Shown here one piece after another: positions 1 through 9,114 of a stretch of DNA of 37,373 nt. Source of the stretch: a bacterium. GTDB taxonomy: Bacteria; Desulfobacterota; DSWW01. The stretch lies in NCBI GenBank assembly GCA_040756235.1, contig JBFLZG010000027.1, forward strand, positions 1 through 37,373, given 5' to 3'. How positions within the stretch are numbered: position 1 is the first letter of the stretch; every line of letters starts with the position of its first letter. Both the position numbers and the translations under genes were made by a program. The notes under the pieces are model-generated. The model was not told where the DNA came from, ran no database searches, and saw nothing but the letters and a program-made list of their open reading frames with translations.

Positions 1-76
1 ACTGCGGCGTACTTCCATGTACGCCTCGTTCCTCAGGACTTCGTGCGCCTTGCATCTGGGCATTTTTGAACAGCCT
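1..76. mobile_element. MITE-like repeat, truncated by the window start (same family as 22363-22482)
   Basis: actgcggcgtac...gtacgcctcgttcctca...cgccttgcatctgg...tttttgaacagcct aligns to the 3' part of the 22363-22482 element and ends in the same terminal inverted repeat. Confidence 0.8.
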
Positions 77-191
77 CTGAAATCGAGCCTGTTGGGACAG
101 GCTCCAGTCTAGCGCAGCCCACGATTCACACGTCGTCCAATGGAAAATGCAGCGGGTGGTGAGATCACTTCGGCCCGAACGTAGAATTCAC

Positions 192-809
192 TCATGGATC
201 TGTATGAGTAGATCCTTCTCCCTCGTCTTCCAGCAGGGCGATCGCCCGGGCCGCCAGCTCCCGCGCCGCGGCTTCCCGGGATTGCAGAAACGGCCTGACG
301 CGGCCCGCCGCGCCAAGAGACCGGAGAAGAGCCGGTCGTGCCTCGGCCAGCCTCGTGACTGCGTGCAAGAGGCTGCGCTCGAGCCGTCCTCCGGCCGCAG
401 CCGACACCTCTTCGCGCAGGTGCCCCAGCAGGAGGTGGGCGTACTCCGCAGCCAGTCCCTGGTGCCGGACCAGGATCTCCGCCATTCCTTCCGGCGCGCC
501 CCAGACCACGGAGCCCGATTCGTCATTCATGCTCCACAGCAGTCGCCTGAGGACGTTGCGGCCGGCTTCCAGGTCCGATTCGGTCAGATCCGCCACGGTC
601 CGACCCAGGGCCTGCGCCGCCCTCGAGACGAGCGCCTCGTCGTCTCTGGAAAGGAAGGACAAAAGGGCTCGGATGACCTGGGCCGGCGGCAGCCTGCGAA
701 GCTCGTCGACCGCCTCCTGAAGATCGGGTTGCTCGAGCAGAGACAACACCCGGCCCTGGGTTTCCTTGCGTCCGGACACCGCCGCCCGGCCCTCCTTCCT
801 CCGCGCCAT
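192..809 (-). CDS. DVU0298-family HEAT-repeat protein
   Basis: Motif RRLLWSMNDESGSVVWGAPEGMAEI is typical of this family; ATG at 809 avoids overlap with fprA. Confidence 0.7.
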   Translation of the reverse strand: MARRKEGRAAVSGRKETQGRVLSLLEQPDLQEAVDELRRLPPAQVIRALLSFLSRDDEALVSRAAQALGRTVADLTESDLEAGRNVLRRLLWSMNDESGSVVWGAPEGMAEILVRHQGLAAEYAHLLLGHLREEVSAAAGGRLERSLLHAVTRLAEARPALLRSLGAAGRVRPFLQSREAAARELAARAIALLEDEGEGSTHTDP

Positions 810-877
810 GCGGTCAAGGTGCGCGCGGCTCGTCGCGCCAGCCGCCGATTGGGAGGGCGGCGACCGCGACCAGCCCT

Positions 878-2074
878 TCAGCTGCCGCTCTCCCGCATGG
901 CCTTTCCGATGGCCGCTCCCATCTCCACGCACTTCCGCAGCGCTTCATGATCCGGCACGTACTTGATGGAGATCCCCGGGTGGGGGACCCTCATCTTCAT
1001 CGCCTCCAGCTCCCGGTTGATCTGCTTGACCGAATCGCCGCTCCACCCGTAGGACCCGAAGGCAGCCCCGATCCGGTCGCGGGGCTTGAGGCCTTTCAAG
1101 TAGGTCAGCATGTCCGCCATGCGGGGGAGCATCTGATTGTTCAGCGTGGAGGATCCGAGGATCAGGGCCTTCGCGTCCAAGGCATCGGTCATGACGTCGC
1201 TCCGGTGATTGACCTTCAGGTCCAGCAGCTTCACCCGGGCGCCTTCCTGCTGGAGCCCTTCAGCGATGGCCCGGGCCATGGCCTCGGTGCTCTTCCACAT
1301 GGTGTCATAGATGACCAGAGCTTTTTGCGTGGTTTCCTGCCGGCTCCAGGCATCGTACGCTTCCAGGATGCCGGCCGGCCGGGAGCGCCAGATCAGGCCG
1401 TGATCCGGGGCGATCGTCTCGATGGGAATCCCCGCTTCCCGGACCGTGGTCAGGAGCTTCTGCACCAGAGGCGAGTAGGGGAGCAGAATGTTCGCAAAGT
1501 ACTTGGCGGCGTGCCGCAGGAGCTCGGGCATGTCCACCTCGTCATCGAACCTTTCGCTCGTCGCCCAGTGCTGCCCGAAGGCATCGCTGGAGATGAGCAG
1601 ACGGTCCTCCGGGATGTAGGAGAACATGCTGTCGGGCCAGTGGAGCATCCGGGTTTCGAGGAACCGGACCGTCCTCTTTCCCAGCCGGATGTCCTGGCCG
1701 TTCTCGACCGGCTCGTACGGCCAGTCCTCGGCATGGAAATGCTCCACGAGGGCCTCCTTGCCCTTCAGGGAGCAAAATACCTTCTCGGGCCGGATGAGCT
1801 GGAGGATCTCCGGAAGGCAGCCCGAGTGGTCCATCTCCACGTGGTTGATCACGACGTAGTCGATCCTGGAGGGATCGATGATCCTGCGGATGTTGTGCAG
1901 GAGGTCGCTCCGGAACGGTTTCTTCACGGTGTCGAACAGCGTGATCTTGTCGTCGAGCACGAGATAGGAGTTGTAAGTCGTGCCCTTCTCCGTCGAGTAG
2001 CCGTGGAAGTCCCGGATGTTCCAGTCGATCGCTCCAACCCAGTAGAGATCTTTCTTGACCTCGATCGCCGGCAT
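878..2074 (-). CDS. fprA: Flavodiiron protein (FprA/Roo; O2/NO reductase)
   Basis: Metallo-beta-lactamase motifs NHVEMDH, HWPDSM, SSDAFGQH, PDHG followed by a flavodoxin domain (YDTMWKST, AFGSYGWSG). Confidence 0.95.
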   Translation of the reverse strand: MPAIEVKKDLYWVGAIDWNIRDFHGYSTEKGTTYNSYLVLDDKITLFDTVKKPFRSDLLHNIRRIIDPSRIDYVVINHVEMDHSGCLPEILQLIRPEKVFCSLKGKEALVEHFHAEDWPYEPVENGQDIRLGKRTVRFLETRMLHWPDSMFSYIPEDRLLISSDAFGQHWATSERFDDEVDMPELLRHAAKYFANILLPYSPLVQKLLTTVREAGIPIETIAPDHGLIWRSRPAGILEAYDAWSRQETTQKALVIYDTMWKSTEAMARAIAEGLQQEGARVKLLDLKVNHRSDVMTDALDAKALILGSSTLNNQMLPRMADMLTYLKGLKPRDRIGAAFGSYGWSGDSVKQINRELEAMKMRVPHPGISIKYVPDHEALRKCVEMGAAIGKAMRESGS

Positions 2075-2077
2075 GTC

Positions 2078-2542
2078 TCATCTCCCCCGGAGCTCGGTTG
2101 TTGATCCTGGCGTTGAAGACTGTTGTGTCATTTCCTGCTCTGCATCGGGATTCTTTGCGCCGCAGCTCGGGCAGACGCCCAGGAACTTGAGGCGATGGCC
2201 GACGATCTGAAACTTGCTGATCGCCCGGGCCGACTCCTCGAGCGTCTCCAGGGGGGCGAGTGCGACGTCCTCCACCTTGCCGCAGCGCACGCAGCTGATG
2301 TGATAGTGATTGTCTACGCTGCCGTCGAACCTCCTGCGGGAACCGGCAAGCTCCAGCTTCTGAATCACCCCGGACTGGGAAAGCATCTCGAGGTTTCGGT
2401 AGACCGTTCCGAGGCTCACGCGCGGGAGACGGAGGCGCACCCGCTCATAGACCTCGTCCGCGGTGGGGTGGGTCCGCGTGTTCCTCAGCTCGTCGAGGAT
2501 GATCTGACGCTGCCGGGTCATCCGGACCGGAGGTGTGCCCAA
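2078..2542 (-). CDS. Fur-family regulator, PerR-like
   Basis: HPTADEVY, SLGTVYRNL, FDG..HYH.CVRC..VEDV and CPSC; Asp at the PerR-type metal-ligand positions; TTG start with AGAGGA RBS. Confidence 0.9.
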   Translation of the reverse strand: MGTPPVRMTRQRQIILDELRNTRTHPTADEVYERVRLRLPRVSLGTVYRNLEMLSQSGVIQKLELAGSRRRFDGSVDNHYHISCVRCGKVEDVALAPLETLEESARAISKFQIVGHRLKFLGVCPSCGAKNPDAEQEMTQQSSTPGSTTELRGR

Positions 2543-2558
2543 CGGAATCCTCTGTCAT

Positions 2559-2577
2559 GTTAATGATAATCATTCTT
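2559..2577. promoter_or_regulatory. Fur/Per box
   Basis: GTTAATGATAATCATTCTT matches 16/19 of GATAATGATAATCATTATC; core inverted repeat AATGAT-A-ATCATT at 2562-2574. Confidence 0.85.
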
Positions 2578-2587
2578 ACTTTTCTAG

Positions 2588-2616
2588 ATTTTATGAGCCC
2601 GGGAAACATCCGTCAA
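2588..2616 (-). promoter_or_regulatory. Sigma70-type promoter of the regulator-fprA unit
   Basis: TTGACG (2616-2611), 17-nt spacer, TAAAAT (2593-2588). Confidence 0.75.
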
Positions 2617-2790
2617 CCTTTTTCGGAGGACTCGTTTGAAGAATCGTTGAAGGAAGCGATTCTCTATTGGATCAGGGTGTTTCAGACCCGCCCGAAGGCG
2701 CCCCCTGGAAGCTGAGGAGGCACTCTTGAAATTACAGGGGCGCCATGGGGGCGCCGGTTGCTGCGCCTTTCCCGGGGCGGGGCCGGCCGC

Positions 2791-3774
2791 TCACACCGGC
2801 GTGGGGGATCCTGCGGACATGAGCGAGAGGGCCTCCTGCAGGTCGTCCATCTGGGACTGGAAGTCTTTGTAGGTGTCCCGGGCTCCGTTCGAGAAGCGGA
2901 GCAGGACCTCGTTGAGCTTGACCGGTATATACGGGTACAGCTTCTTCAGGTTGGCCACCCTGTACGGATAAAAAACCATCGCGTCGTCCGACGTGAGGTC
3001 TGCGGCCTTTGACGGATACCGGGACGGATCCTGCAGTGCCGTCCTGATGGGATGGATGCCTTTGCCCACGACATAGATGAGGATGTTCCCCATGGACCAG
3101 AGATCGTATTCCGGGTAGTCCACCTGGTAGTCGAAATCGATCCAGCGGTACAGCCCGCTCCCGTTCTCGATCAGGACGTGATCGTTCCGGATGTCACCGT
3201 GGTGCTGGCCGCGCTCGTGCAGAAATCGGATCGCGTCGATGCAGGGGATGAAGCAGCGGAGCAGCCCGGGGAAGGTCTCGAAGAAATACTCTTCGTGCGG
3301 CTGGCGGATGTCCACTACGTAGGAAAAGAGGGACTCCCCATGGATGTTGTCCAGAATGCGGACGGTGTTGCCCTTCGCATCCCGAACCGTCACCCCCTGC
3401 ATGAACAGAGGATGGCCGCGCACGATCTCCAGGATCGCGCTCTCTTTCTCCGGACTGCGGGAGCATCGCAGGAGGAAGCGGCCGAGCCTGGTGCTGCACT
3501 CTTCGTAAAAGACGAGCTTGATGACCTTGCGCTCGGCCGTCGTCAGATCGATGGCGTACTTGACCCAGAACTTCGGCTGCTCGTTGATGCCGAACCGTCC
3601 CTCCCGGGCGTCCCCGGTGACGTAGTAGTCGTTGCCCTCCAGACGGAGCACCATGCCGGTCTGGATGGCCATGTATTCGCTGGTGTCCTCGAGAATGGGG
3701 ACCTTGGGCGCAAGCGGCCGCTGGGTAAAGGATTCGATCCGCTGCCGTAGCTCGGAAGGGTTCTCGAAAAGCAT
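2791..3774 (-). CDS. Atypical Ser/Thr protein-kinase-like protein
   Basis: KVIK lysine motif, catalytic-loop variant HGDIRNDH, WIDFD in place of DFG, DLWSMG. Confidence 0.75.
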   Translation of the reverse strand: MLFENPSELRQRIESFTQRPLAPKVPILEDTSEYMAIQTGMVLRLEGNDYYVTGDAREGRFGINEQPKFWVKYAIDLTTAERKVIKLVFYEECSTRLGRFLLRCSRSPEKESAILEIVRGHPLFMQGVTVRDAKGNTVRILDNIHGESLFSYVVDIRQPHEEYFFETFPGLLRCFIPCIDAIRFLHERGQHHGDIRNDHVLIENGSGLYRWIDFDYQVDYPEYDLWSMGNILIYVVGKGIHPIRTALQDPSRYPSKAADLTSDDAMVFYPYRVANLKKLYPYIPVKLNEVLLRFSNGARDTYKDFQSQMDDLQEALSLMSAGSPTPV

Positions 3775-3780
3775 GGGACG

Positions 3781-3810
3781 ATTCTAGCGCTGCGCAGTCC
3801 GAGCGGTCAA
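3781..3810 (-). promoter_or_regulatory. Sigma70-type promoter of the kinase gene (possibly leaderless)
   Basis: TTGACC, 18-nt spacer, TAGAAT, then 6 nt to the ATG at 3774. Confidence 0.6.
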
Positions 3811-3855
3811 AGAGCGGACGCGCGTGCGGCATCGCCGCCGCCGCGGCGAGCTTGG

Positions 3856-4368
3856 TTATCTTGAGCTCTTGATGGAATGGAACAGCGCGTGCGTCACTTC
3901 CGCCGACTCTTCGCCGTCGGGGCAGCGACACAGGAAATGCGAAAATTCATGGCACAGGAGGAAAGTCAGTCGATGCCGGTCCGCTCCGATTCGGGACACG
4001 AAGATGTATTTGCCCCTGACTTCGAGGCCGCCGTACCACTCGTCTCCCGGAAACAGAGAAGCCTTGACGACCTTCGGGTACTCCCTCCAGGTGTCCGCGC
4101 ACCCGCCATCGCTGCATAGCTCCGGGAGCTTTTGGTCCGGATCACGCACGAAAATGACGGGCTCTGTGTACTCGATGCCCGGGTATAATTCCTGGATGGC
4201 ATCGCCGACCCGCTCCAGGGCGGCAATCTCTTTCTCCTCCGCCCCTCCTATCACAGGGATTTCCGCCACGTAGAGGTCCGGTTGCCACTCCTGCTCTTCC
4301 CAATCCTGCGGCTCGCTTCCCGCACAGGCCAGGAGCAGAAGCACCCCCAATACCGAATGCCTCAGCAT
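3856..4368 (-). CDS. Putative lipoprotein with HEXXH zincin-like motif
   Basis: Signal peptide with lipobox LLAC; HEFSH near the C-terminus. Confidence 0.55.
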   Translation of the reverse strand: MLRHSVLGVLLLLACAGSEPQDWEEQEWQPDLYVAEIPVIGGAEEKEIAALERVGDAIQELYPGIEYTEPVIFVRDPDQKLPELCSDGGCADTWREYPKVVKASLFPGDEWYGGLEVRGKYIFVSRIGADRHRLTFLLCHEFSHFLCRCPDGEESAEVTHALFHSIKSSR

Positions 4369-4566
4369 GGCATCCCCCCCAGGAAGACCAATTTTGGGAT
4401 CGTGTACCTGAATTGCCGGAGAAGGTCAATTCGTTCTTCGGCAGCTTCATCCGAAGCGTCTCGTTGACTCTCATCGGAACATTTGCGGGTTTTCAGAAGG
4501 GCTGGAAAGGAGAGATGAGGCGTGGGGATCCGGCCCGGCTAGGGGAGTTGCCTCGTCGTGTTGCTC

Positions 4567-5724
4567 TCATGATGCCGGCAACCCCTCCGATTGGAGAGTC
4601 AGGGTCCCGTCCGCCTCGACCTCCACGCGGGTCCCCAGGCCCGAGCCTTCCCGGTTCAGGACGTCCCGCAGCCAGAGGGCATCCGGCGCGGCGGCGCGGC
4701 TGACCCTGAAGTGGCGGATCTGCATCGGAATCATGCGCAGGGAAAGGAGCTTGCCGGTCGCCGGATCCAGCCTCGCGAAGTACATGAGGCTCAAGTCGTC
4801 GCGGAAGACTTCATGGCCTTCGATCCCTTCGTAATCGTTGAGAAAGTCGCCGGACCCGTAAAGGATGAGCTTTCCCCGGTAGACCTCCATGGCCTTCACG
4901 TGATGGGAAGAGTGCCCGTGGATGAGATCGACCCCTGCGGCATCGATGAGCCCGTGGGCGAACTCCTTCTGGTCCCGGAAGATCGGATATCCCCAGTTTT
5001 CTCCCCAATGAATGGAGGCAACCACGACCGCGTCCTTGCCCTTGAGCCTCCGGACCTGCCGCGAGATGCGCTGCACGGTTCGATCGGAGAGGTCTTCGAG
5101 CAGGTGAACTCCGGGCCCCTGCTCGGTCGCGCCCCAGCCCCGGGGTATCCCGCTCGTTTCCGAGCCAAAGGAGAATACCAGCACGCTTCCCTTGCCCTCG
5201 ATCTCGAACCGGGCCGGCGCCTCTGCTTCGGCCAGGTCCGCGCCGGCGCCCGCAGTCTTCACGCCTGCCCCGCGCAAGGCCGTCAGGGTCTCCTTCAGCC
5301 CCTCGTACCCCCAGTCCAGGACGTGGTTGTTGGCGAGGACACAGCAGTCGATCCCGGCCGCGGTAAGGGCGGGGACGTTGGCAGGATGCATTCTGTAGTT
5401 GATGCCTTTCTCTGCATCGTAGTCGGCGCGCGTGGTGACGGCGGTCTCCAGGTTGATGATCCTCAGGTCCGGAGTCTCGCGGCGCAGCTCTGAAAGAGCA
5501 TCGCCCCAGACATAGGAGAAGCTCGCCCGCCTCGGTATGGGGCCGGTCTTTCTCTCTGCAAGCTCGACGTAGCCCAGCGCGCTCTTCATGTACGGCTCAT
5601 GGATGGCCGGGTGGCAGGGGTGGGGCAGCACTTGATCGATGCCCCGGCCTGTCATCACATCGCCGCACAGGAACAGGCTGATGCCGAAATCGCGAAGCGG
5701 TTTCCGATTCTCTCTTCCGTCCAT
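4567..5724 (-). CDS. CapA/PgsA-family metallophosphatase-fold protein
   Basis: GDVMTGR, INLE, LANNHVLDWG, SIHWG, HGHSSHH, YGSGDF; GGAG RBS before ATG 5724. Confidence 0.9.
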   Translation of the reverse strand: MDGRENRKPLRDFGISLFLCGDVMTGRGIDQVLPHPCHPAIHEPYMKSALGYVELAERKTGPIPRRASFSYVWGDALSELRRETPDLRIINLETAVTTRADYDAEKGINYRMHPANVPALTAAGIDCCVLANNHVLDWGYEGLKETLTALRGAGVKTAGAGADLAEAEAPARFEIEGKGSVLVFSFGSETSGIPRGWGATEQGPGVHLLEDLSDRTVQRISRQVRRLKGKDAVVVASIHWGENWGYPIFRDQKEFAHGLIDAAGVDLIHGHSSHHVKAMEVYRGKLILYGSGDFLNDYEGIEGHEVFRDDLSLMYFARLDPATGKLLSLRMIPMQIRHFRVSRAAAPDALWLRDVLNREGSGLGTRVEVEADGTLTLQSEGLPAS

Positions 5725-5861
5725 AAGGGAAGCTCCAAGCGCAAGGGGTCGCTGCCGCTCCCGCGAAAGCGGGGAAAGCTCGCTCTCGGAGAGCGGATGC
5801 CGAGCTGGAGATTCACTCTTTTGGATGAGCGCAACGCCGCCGATGGCGTTGATCGACAGCT

Positions 5862-7646
5862 TCAGGACAGGCCGGGGAGCGGAGGGCGCGGGGAGAGGCA
5901 CGCATCGCGTCGGGGACGGGCTTCCTCCTTCAGCCCGACTTCGGGCTCGCCCGCGGAAGGTTCGATTTCCATCCTCCGCTGAAGCTCCTTCTGCCACTCC
6001 AGGTCCCGGTCGAAGCGTTGCTGCAGGGTGTCCCTGTACTGTCGGACGGGCAGTCCGGCAAGCTCTGCCTGCTGCGTCACGAGCGCTTCAGATCGAACGA
6101 TGGCGGGCCATGCCTTTCCCTGGAAGATCTCGAGGAAGTGCCGGTCGTAGGTGAATCCGTAAACAACCATGGAGGGGAGGATCTCCTTGTCCGAGCCCTC
6201 CAACCCGAAGCGGGCGAAGGGAAAGCCGCAGGAGAGGTCGAGGTGGTACCCGATCAGCTTGTCCTTGGGGTAAACGGATGCAAGGCCATGGGGGGTGCAG
6301 CTCTTCTGGGGAATCCTGTAACGGAAGCGCAGCCAATCCGTGAGCTCTCGTCCCGCCCGGATCTGAGCATCGTTGATGGCCGGGTTCCCCGTGGCCGCGA
6401 TTCTCGAATTTTCCGATCCGGGCCGAGCCACCTCCTCGAAATCCCTTCCTTCGAAACAAATCCCCAGAAATGCGTGATTCAGGCTGAGAAAAATCTGCTG
6501 AGCATCCGCCCACACGGAGTTGCCCGCGTGAAAAGCGGCGTGCGCATCGAGAACGATCCGGAACACCCTGCCGAACCGGTCGATGAAGTAGTGGTACTTC
6601 TTCTCACGGCAGATGTACTGCGTCAGCTGGGAGCTGTACGACTTGATGCGCCTGTCCTCCTCGGGCCTGAACGGCACGAGATCGCTTTCGGACGCGTGGT
6701 AGAGGATCCCGCGAATCTCGCTCGAAACTGCGGTCTCGGCGGGCAGGCGGCCGGCCTCATGGGGAAAAGGAACATATCGCCTCGGGATGTTTGCCACCTC
6801 GAAGCTCGTGATGATTTGCAGGCCGTTGCTGTAAACCTCCGCATCGGCCCTCTTTTCGACCAGCCAGATCGGCTCCTCGATGTACTCGTGTACATCCGCT
6901 TCACCTTCGCCGCCCGACGCCGACGCGTCCATGTTCCCGCCGGGCACCGCCTGGCCGAGTCCGGCCTTGCCGGCCGCCTTGGAAGCGAGGTCCTCCGCTT
7001 CCGCCTGCACCGCCGGGAGGCGGGCCTGGGCCTGCTCGATGTGCTTCTCCGGCGGGGGGGGCGCCGTTGGGGCTGACGGTCCCTGCGCTCCGGCGGCGAC
7101 CGCGGCGGCCGCACCTTGCCGGGGGTTCCCCCTCCAGTGTTCCGCCGGGCGGCCGTGCCGCATGCGCGAGTCGCCCGCGGCTGCGGGGGCGACGACCGCG
7201 GCCGCGCCCTGCTCATGCGCAGGCAGCTCGGCGGTTTCCGCTACGCGAGGGTGGCCCGGGCGGGTGCGACCGGTGAGAGAGGCGGCTGCGCCCTGCAGAC
7301 CCCAGACCAGGGCCACGAGCACGGCCGTGAGAGCCAGGTGACGGCATCGATAGACGTTCCAGAGGGTCCGATGCGGCCGGGATACCGTCCCCTTGCGGAT
7401 GAGTTCGGCGCTCAGAGCGCGGCTCCCGGGATGGAGCCGCTCGGCCTCGGCCAGCAGGATCTCCCTCCAGTAGATCTCGCCCAATGGAGGACAGAGCCTG
7501 TGGAGACTGGAAACCCTTTCGAAATCCTGCAGAGCCTTCTTGAGAAACTTGAGCTTCAGCTCGGGGTTCGGCATGACCACCGCATGCTCGTCGATGAGCC
7601 GCCGGTAATTGCCGCTCGGCAGAGCCGGGGAACAGGACCCTCGCAT
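5862..7646 (-). CDS. Membrane-anchored N-acetylmuramoyl-L-alanine amidase (Amidase_2-like)
   Basis: About 100-aa N-terminal region, one hydrophobic helix (LALTAVLVALVWGL), Ala/Pro/Gly linker, then ILYH, YHYFIDRFG, AFHAG, N..FLGICFEG, L..WL..RY.IP...PH. Confidence 0.75.
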   Translation of the reverse strand: MRGSCSPALPSGNYRRLIDEHAVVMPNPELKLKFLKKALQDFERVSSLHRLCPPLGEIYWREILLAEAERLHPGSRALSAELIRKGTVSRPHRTLWNVYRCRHLALTAVLVALVWGLQGAAASLTGRTRPGHPRVAETAELPAHEQGAAAVVAPAAAGDSRMRHGRPAEHWRGNPRQGAAAAVAAGAQGPSAPTAPPPPEKHIEQAQARLPAVQAEAEDLASKAAGKAGLGQAVPGGNMDASASGGEGEADVHEYIEEPIWLVEKRADAEVYSNGLQIITSFEVANIPRRYVPFPHEAGRLPAETAVSSEIRGILYHASESDLVPFRPEEDRRIKSYSSQLTQYICREKKYHYFIDRFGRVFRIVLDAHAAFHAGNSVWADAQQIFLSLNHAFLGICFEGRDFEEVARPGSENSRIAATGNPAINDAQIRAGRELTDWLRFRYRIPQKSCTPHGLASVYPKDKLIGYHLDLSCGFPFARFGLEGSDKEILPSMVVYGFTYDRHFLEIFQGKAWPAIVRSEALVTQQAELAGLPVRQYRDTLQQRFDRDLEWQKELQRRMEIEPSAGEPEVGLKEEARPRRDACLSPRPPLPGLS

Positions 7647-7721
7647 GTCGCGCCATCCGCTTCTTCCGAGGAAACGAGCGTGGCGATTCCAACGATCCGG
7701 TCAAGAGGACACAGACACGAG

Positions 7722-8732
7722 TCAATCCTCGTGCATCGACGCGATCAGCGCTCCCTTGGCGGTGGCGTTCAGCGGGTCGCTCGCGAGGCGGACGTCGCGG
7801 ACCTCGAAGGGAAGGGGCCGATCCTCCAGACACGTCTGGAACCGCTCGCGGAACCCCTCGGGCATTGCGGATCCGCCGCTCAGCACGATCGGGACGGGCT
7901 GGTCGAACTTGGGCAGCTTCGAGCTCCGCGAAGACATGGATTCCAGGATCGTTTCCACGAGCGTCAGGATCACGTCGTCATAAAAGATGCTCAGCGCCCC
8001 TTCCAGATCGTTCTCCGGTTTTCGGGTCAGGCGGAACTCCTGCTCCTTGATCTTTCGAACCCGCGTGGTCACCTCTCCCGTAGCCGATGCGACCGCCTCG
8101 TCAATGTAGTCGCCGGCCTTCTTGACGCTGAAGGTCATGACCGGGACCGAGAGGAAGGCCAGGCAGACATTGCACATCCCTCCGCCTGCACTGATGCCGA
8201 GTCCCGTGAAGTTCTCCTGCTCCAGCTCCGAAAAGACGACTGCCAATCCTTCGTTGATGCTCTTGACCTTGTAACCCTTCTCGGCCAGGCAGCGCTTCAG
8301 GATCGACTCGTGATAGAGGAGGCTGCTCTCCGCCTCCTTGAAGGGCATCCCGGGTACGGAGAAGCAGAGCTGAGCTCCGGGGACGTCCGGTTCAGGGATG
8401 AGATTGTCCAGGATGCCCTTGATGACCTCGATGGCACTGCCCTCGGCCGGGTTGAGGAGCCCGTCCCGCATCGGGCGGCGCGTGGCCGTGTTCAGCATAT
8501 TTGCGAAGGTCTCCGCACCGTCCCCGAAGATGACCAGGGATCCGTTGTCCCGATAGCGGTGGATCTTCTGTCGACGGAGAAGCCCTTCGGTCAACTTGGA
8601 GTACTCCACGGTCAGGAACGCGTTCAGCTGTGAAGAAAACCCGATGGCACCGTTCGTCTTGTGGGCCATCACGATCTTCGAGGTGCCGACGTCGACCCCG
8701 AGAGCTCTCGTTTCAGTCGCCTTCTCCTCCAT
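7722..8732 (-). CDS. Actin-fold ATPase, volactin-like (not MreB or FtsA)
   Basis: GVDVGTSK, RRPMRDGLL, INEGLAVVFSEL, GISAGGGMCN, VLSGGSA, DPLNATAKGA; GGAGG RBS before ATG 8732. Confidence 0.85.
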   Translation of the reverse strand: MEEKATETRALGVDVGTSKIVMAHKTNGAIGFSSQLNAFLTVEYSKLTEGLLRRQKIHRYRDNGSLVIFGDGAETFANMLNTATRRPMRDGLLNPAEGSAIEVIKGILDNLIPEPDVPGAQLCFSVPGMPFKEAESSLLYHESILKRCLAEKGYKVKSINEGLAVVFSELEQENFTGLGISAGGGMCNVCLAFLSVPVMTFSVKKAGDYIDEAVASATGEVTTRVRKIKEQEFRLTRKPENDLEGALSIFYDDVILTLVETILESMSSRSSKLPKFDQPVPIVLSGGSAMPEGFRERFQTCLEDRPLPFEVRDVRLASDPLNATAKGALIASMHED

Positions 8733-9114
8733 CGAAGCCTCCTTTGCTCGAGACGGAAACGCTGCAAGCCTGCCGGCAGCCTTTGCGAGCTGTGCTCCCC
8801 TGCTCCCCTTCCTGGTCTTCCCTGCCATACGTCGAAATCCCCGCCGAAGCCGCTCATCGGGTCGCGCACAAGGTCCACGCCCAAAAACAACACCGGAGGT
8901 ATCGGAGAGATCGGCGAGAAAGTTGATAGGCGGAGAGGACCTGCGAGCAGCAGGAAGGGGTTTTTTCAACAGCCCTTTAACCGGAAGAATCGGGCGGATG
9001 CCCACGGAGGCATGGGCCGACGCGTCGAAGGGACAAAGTGCACGAATCCTGCAGAGGAAGGGACCGCGAAGGAGTACGTCAGGCCGGGAACGCCAAGACT
9101 CGTCGATATGGGAA

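Noticed and set aside
7722..8732. MamK magnetosome actin or plasmid ParM
   Set aside because: No mam/mad genes, no parR and no iteron centromere nearby; the motifs fit volactin better
8733..9005. 90-aa N-terminal extension of the actin ORF
   Set aside because: A strong GGAGG RBS precedes ATG 8732 and the phosphate-1 motif follows at once; the extension overlaps a MITE-like end. A start near 8828 is not fully excluded
192..9114. Genomic island integrated at ssrA
   Set aside because: No integrase and no duplicated ssrA 3' end seen within the window; cannot be supported
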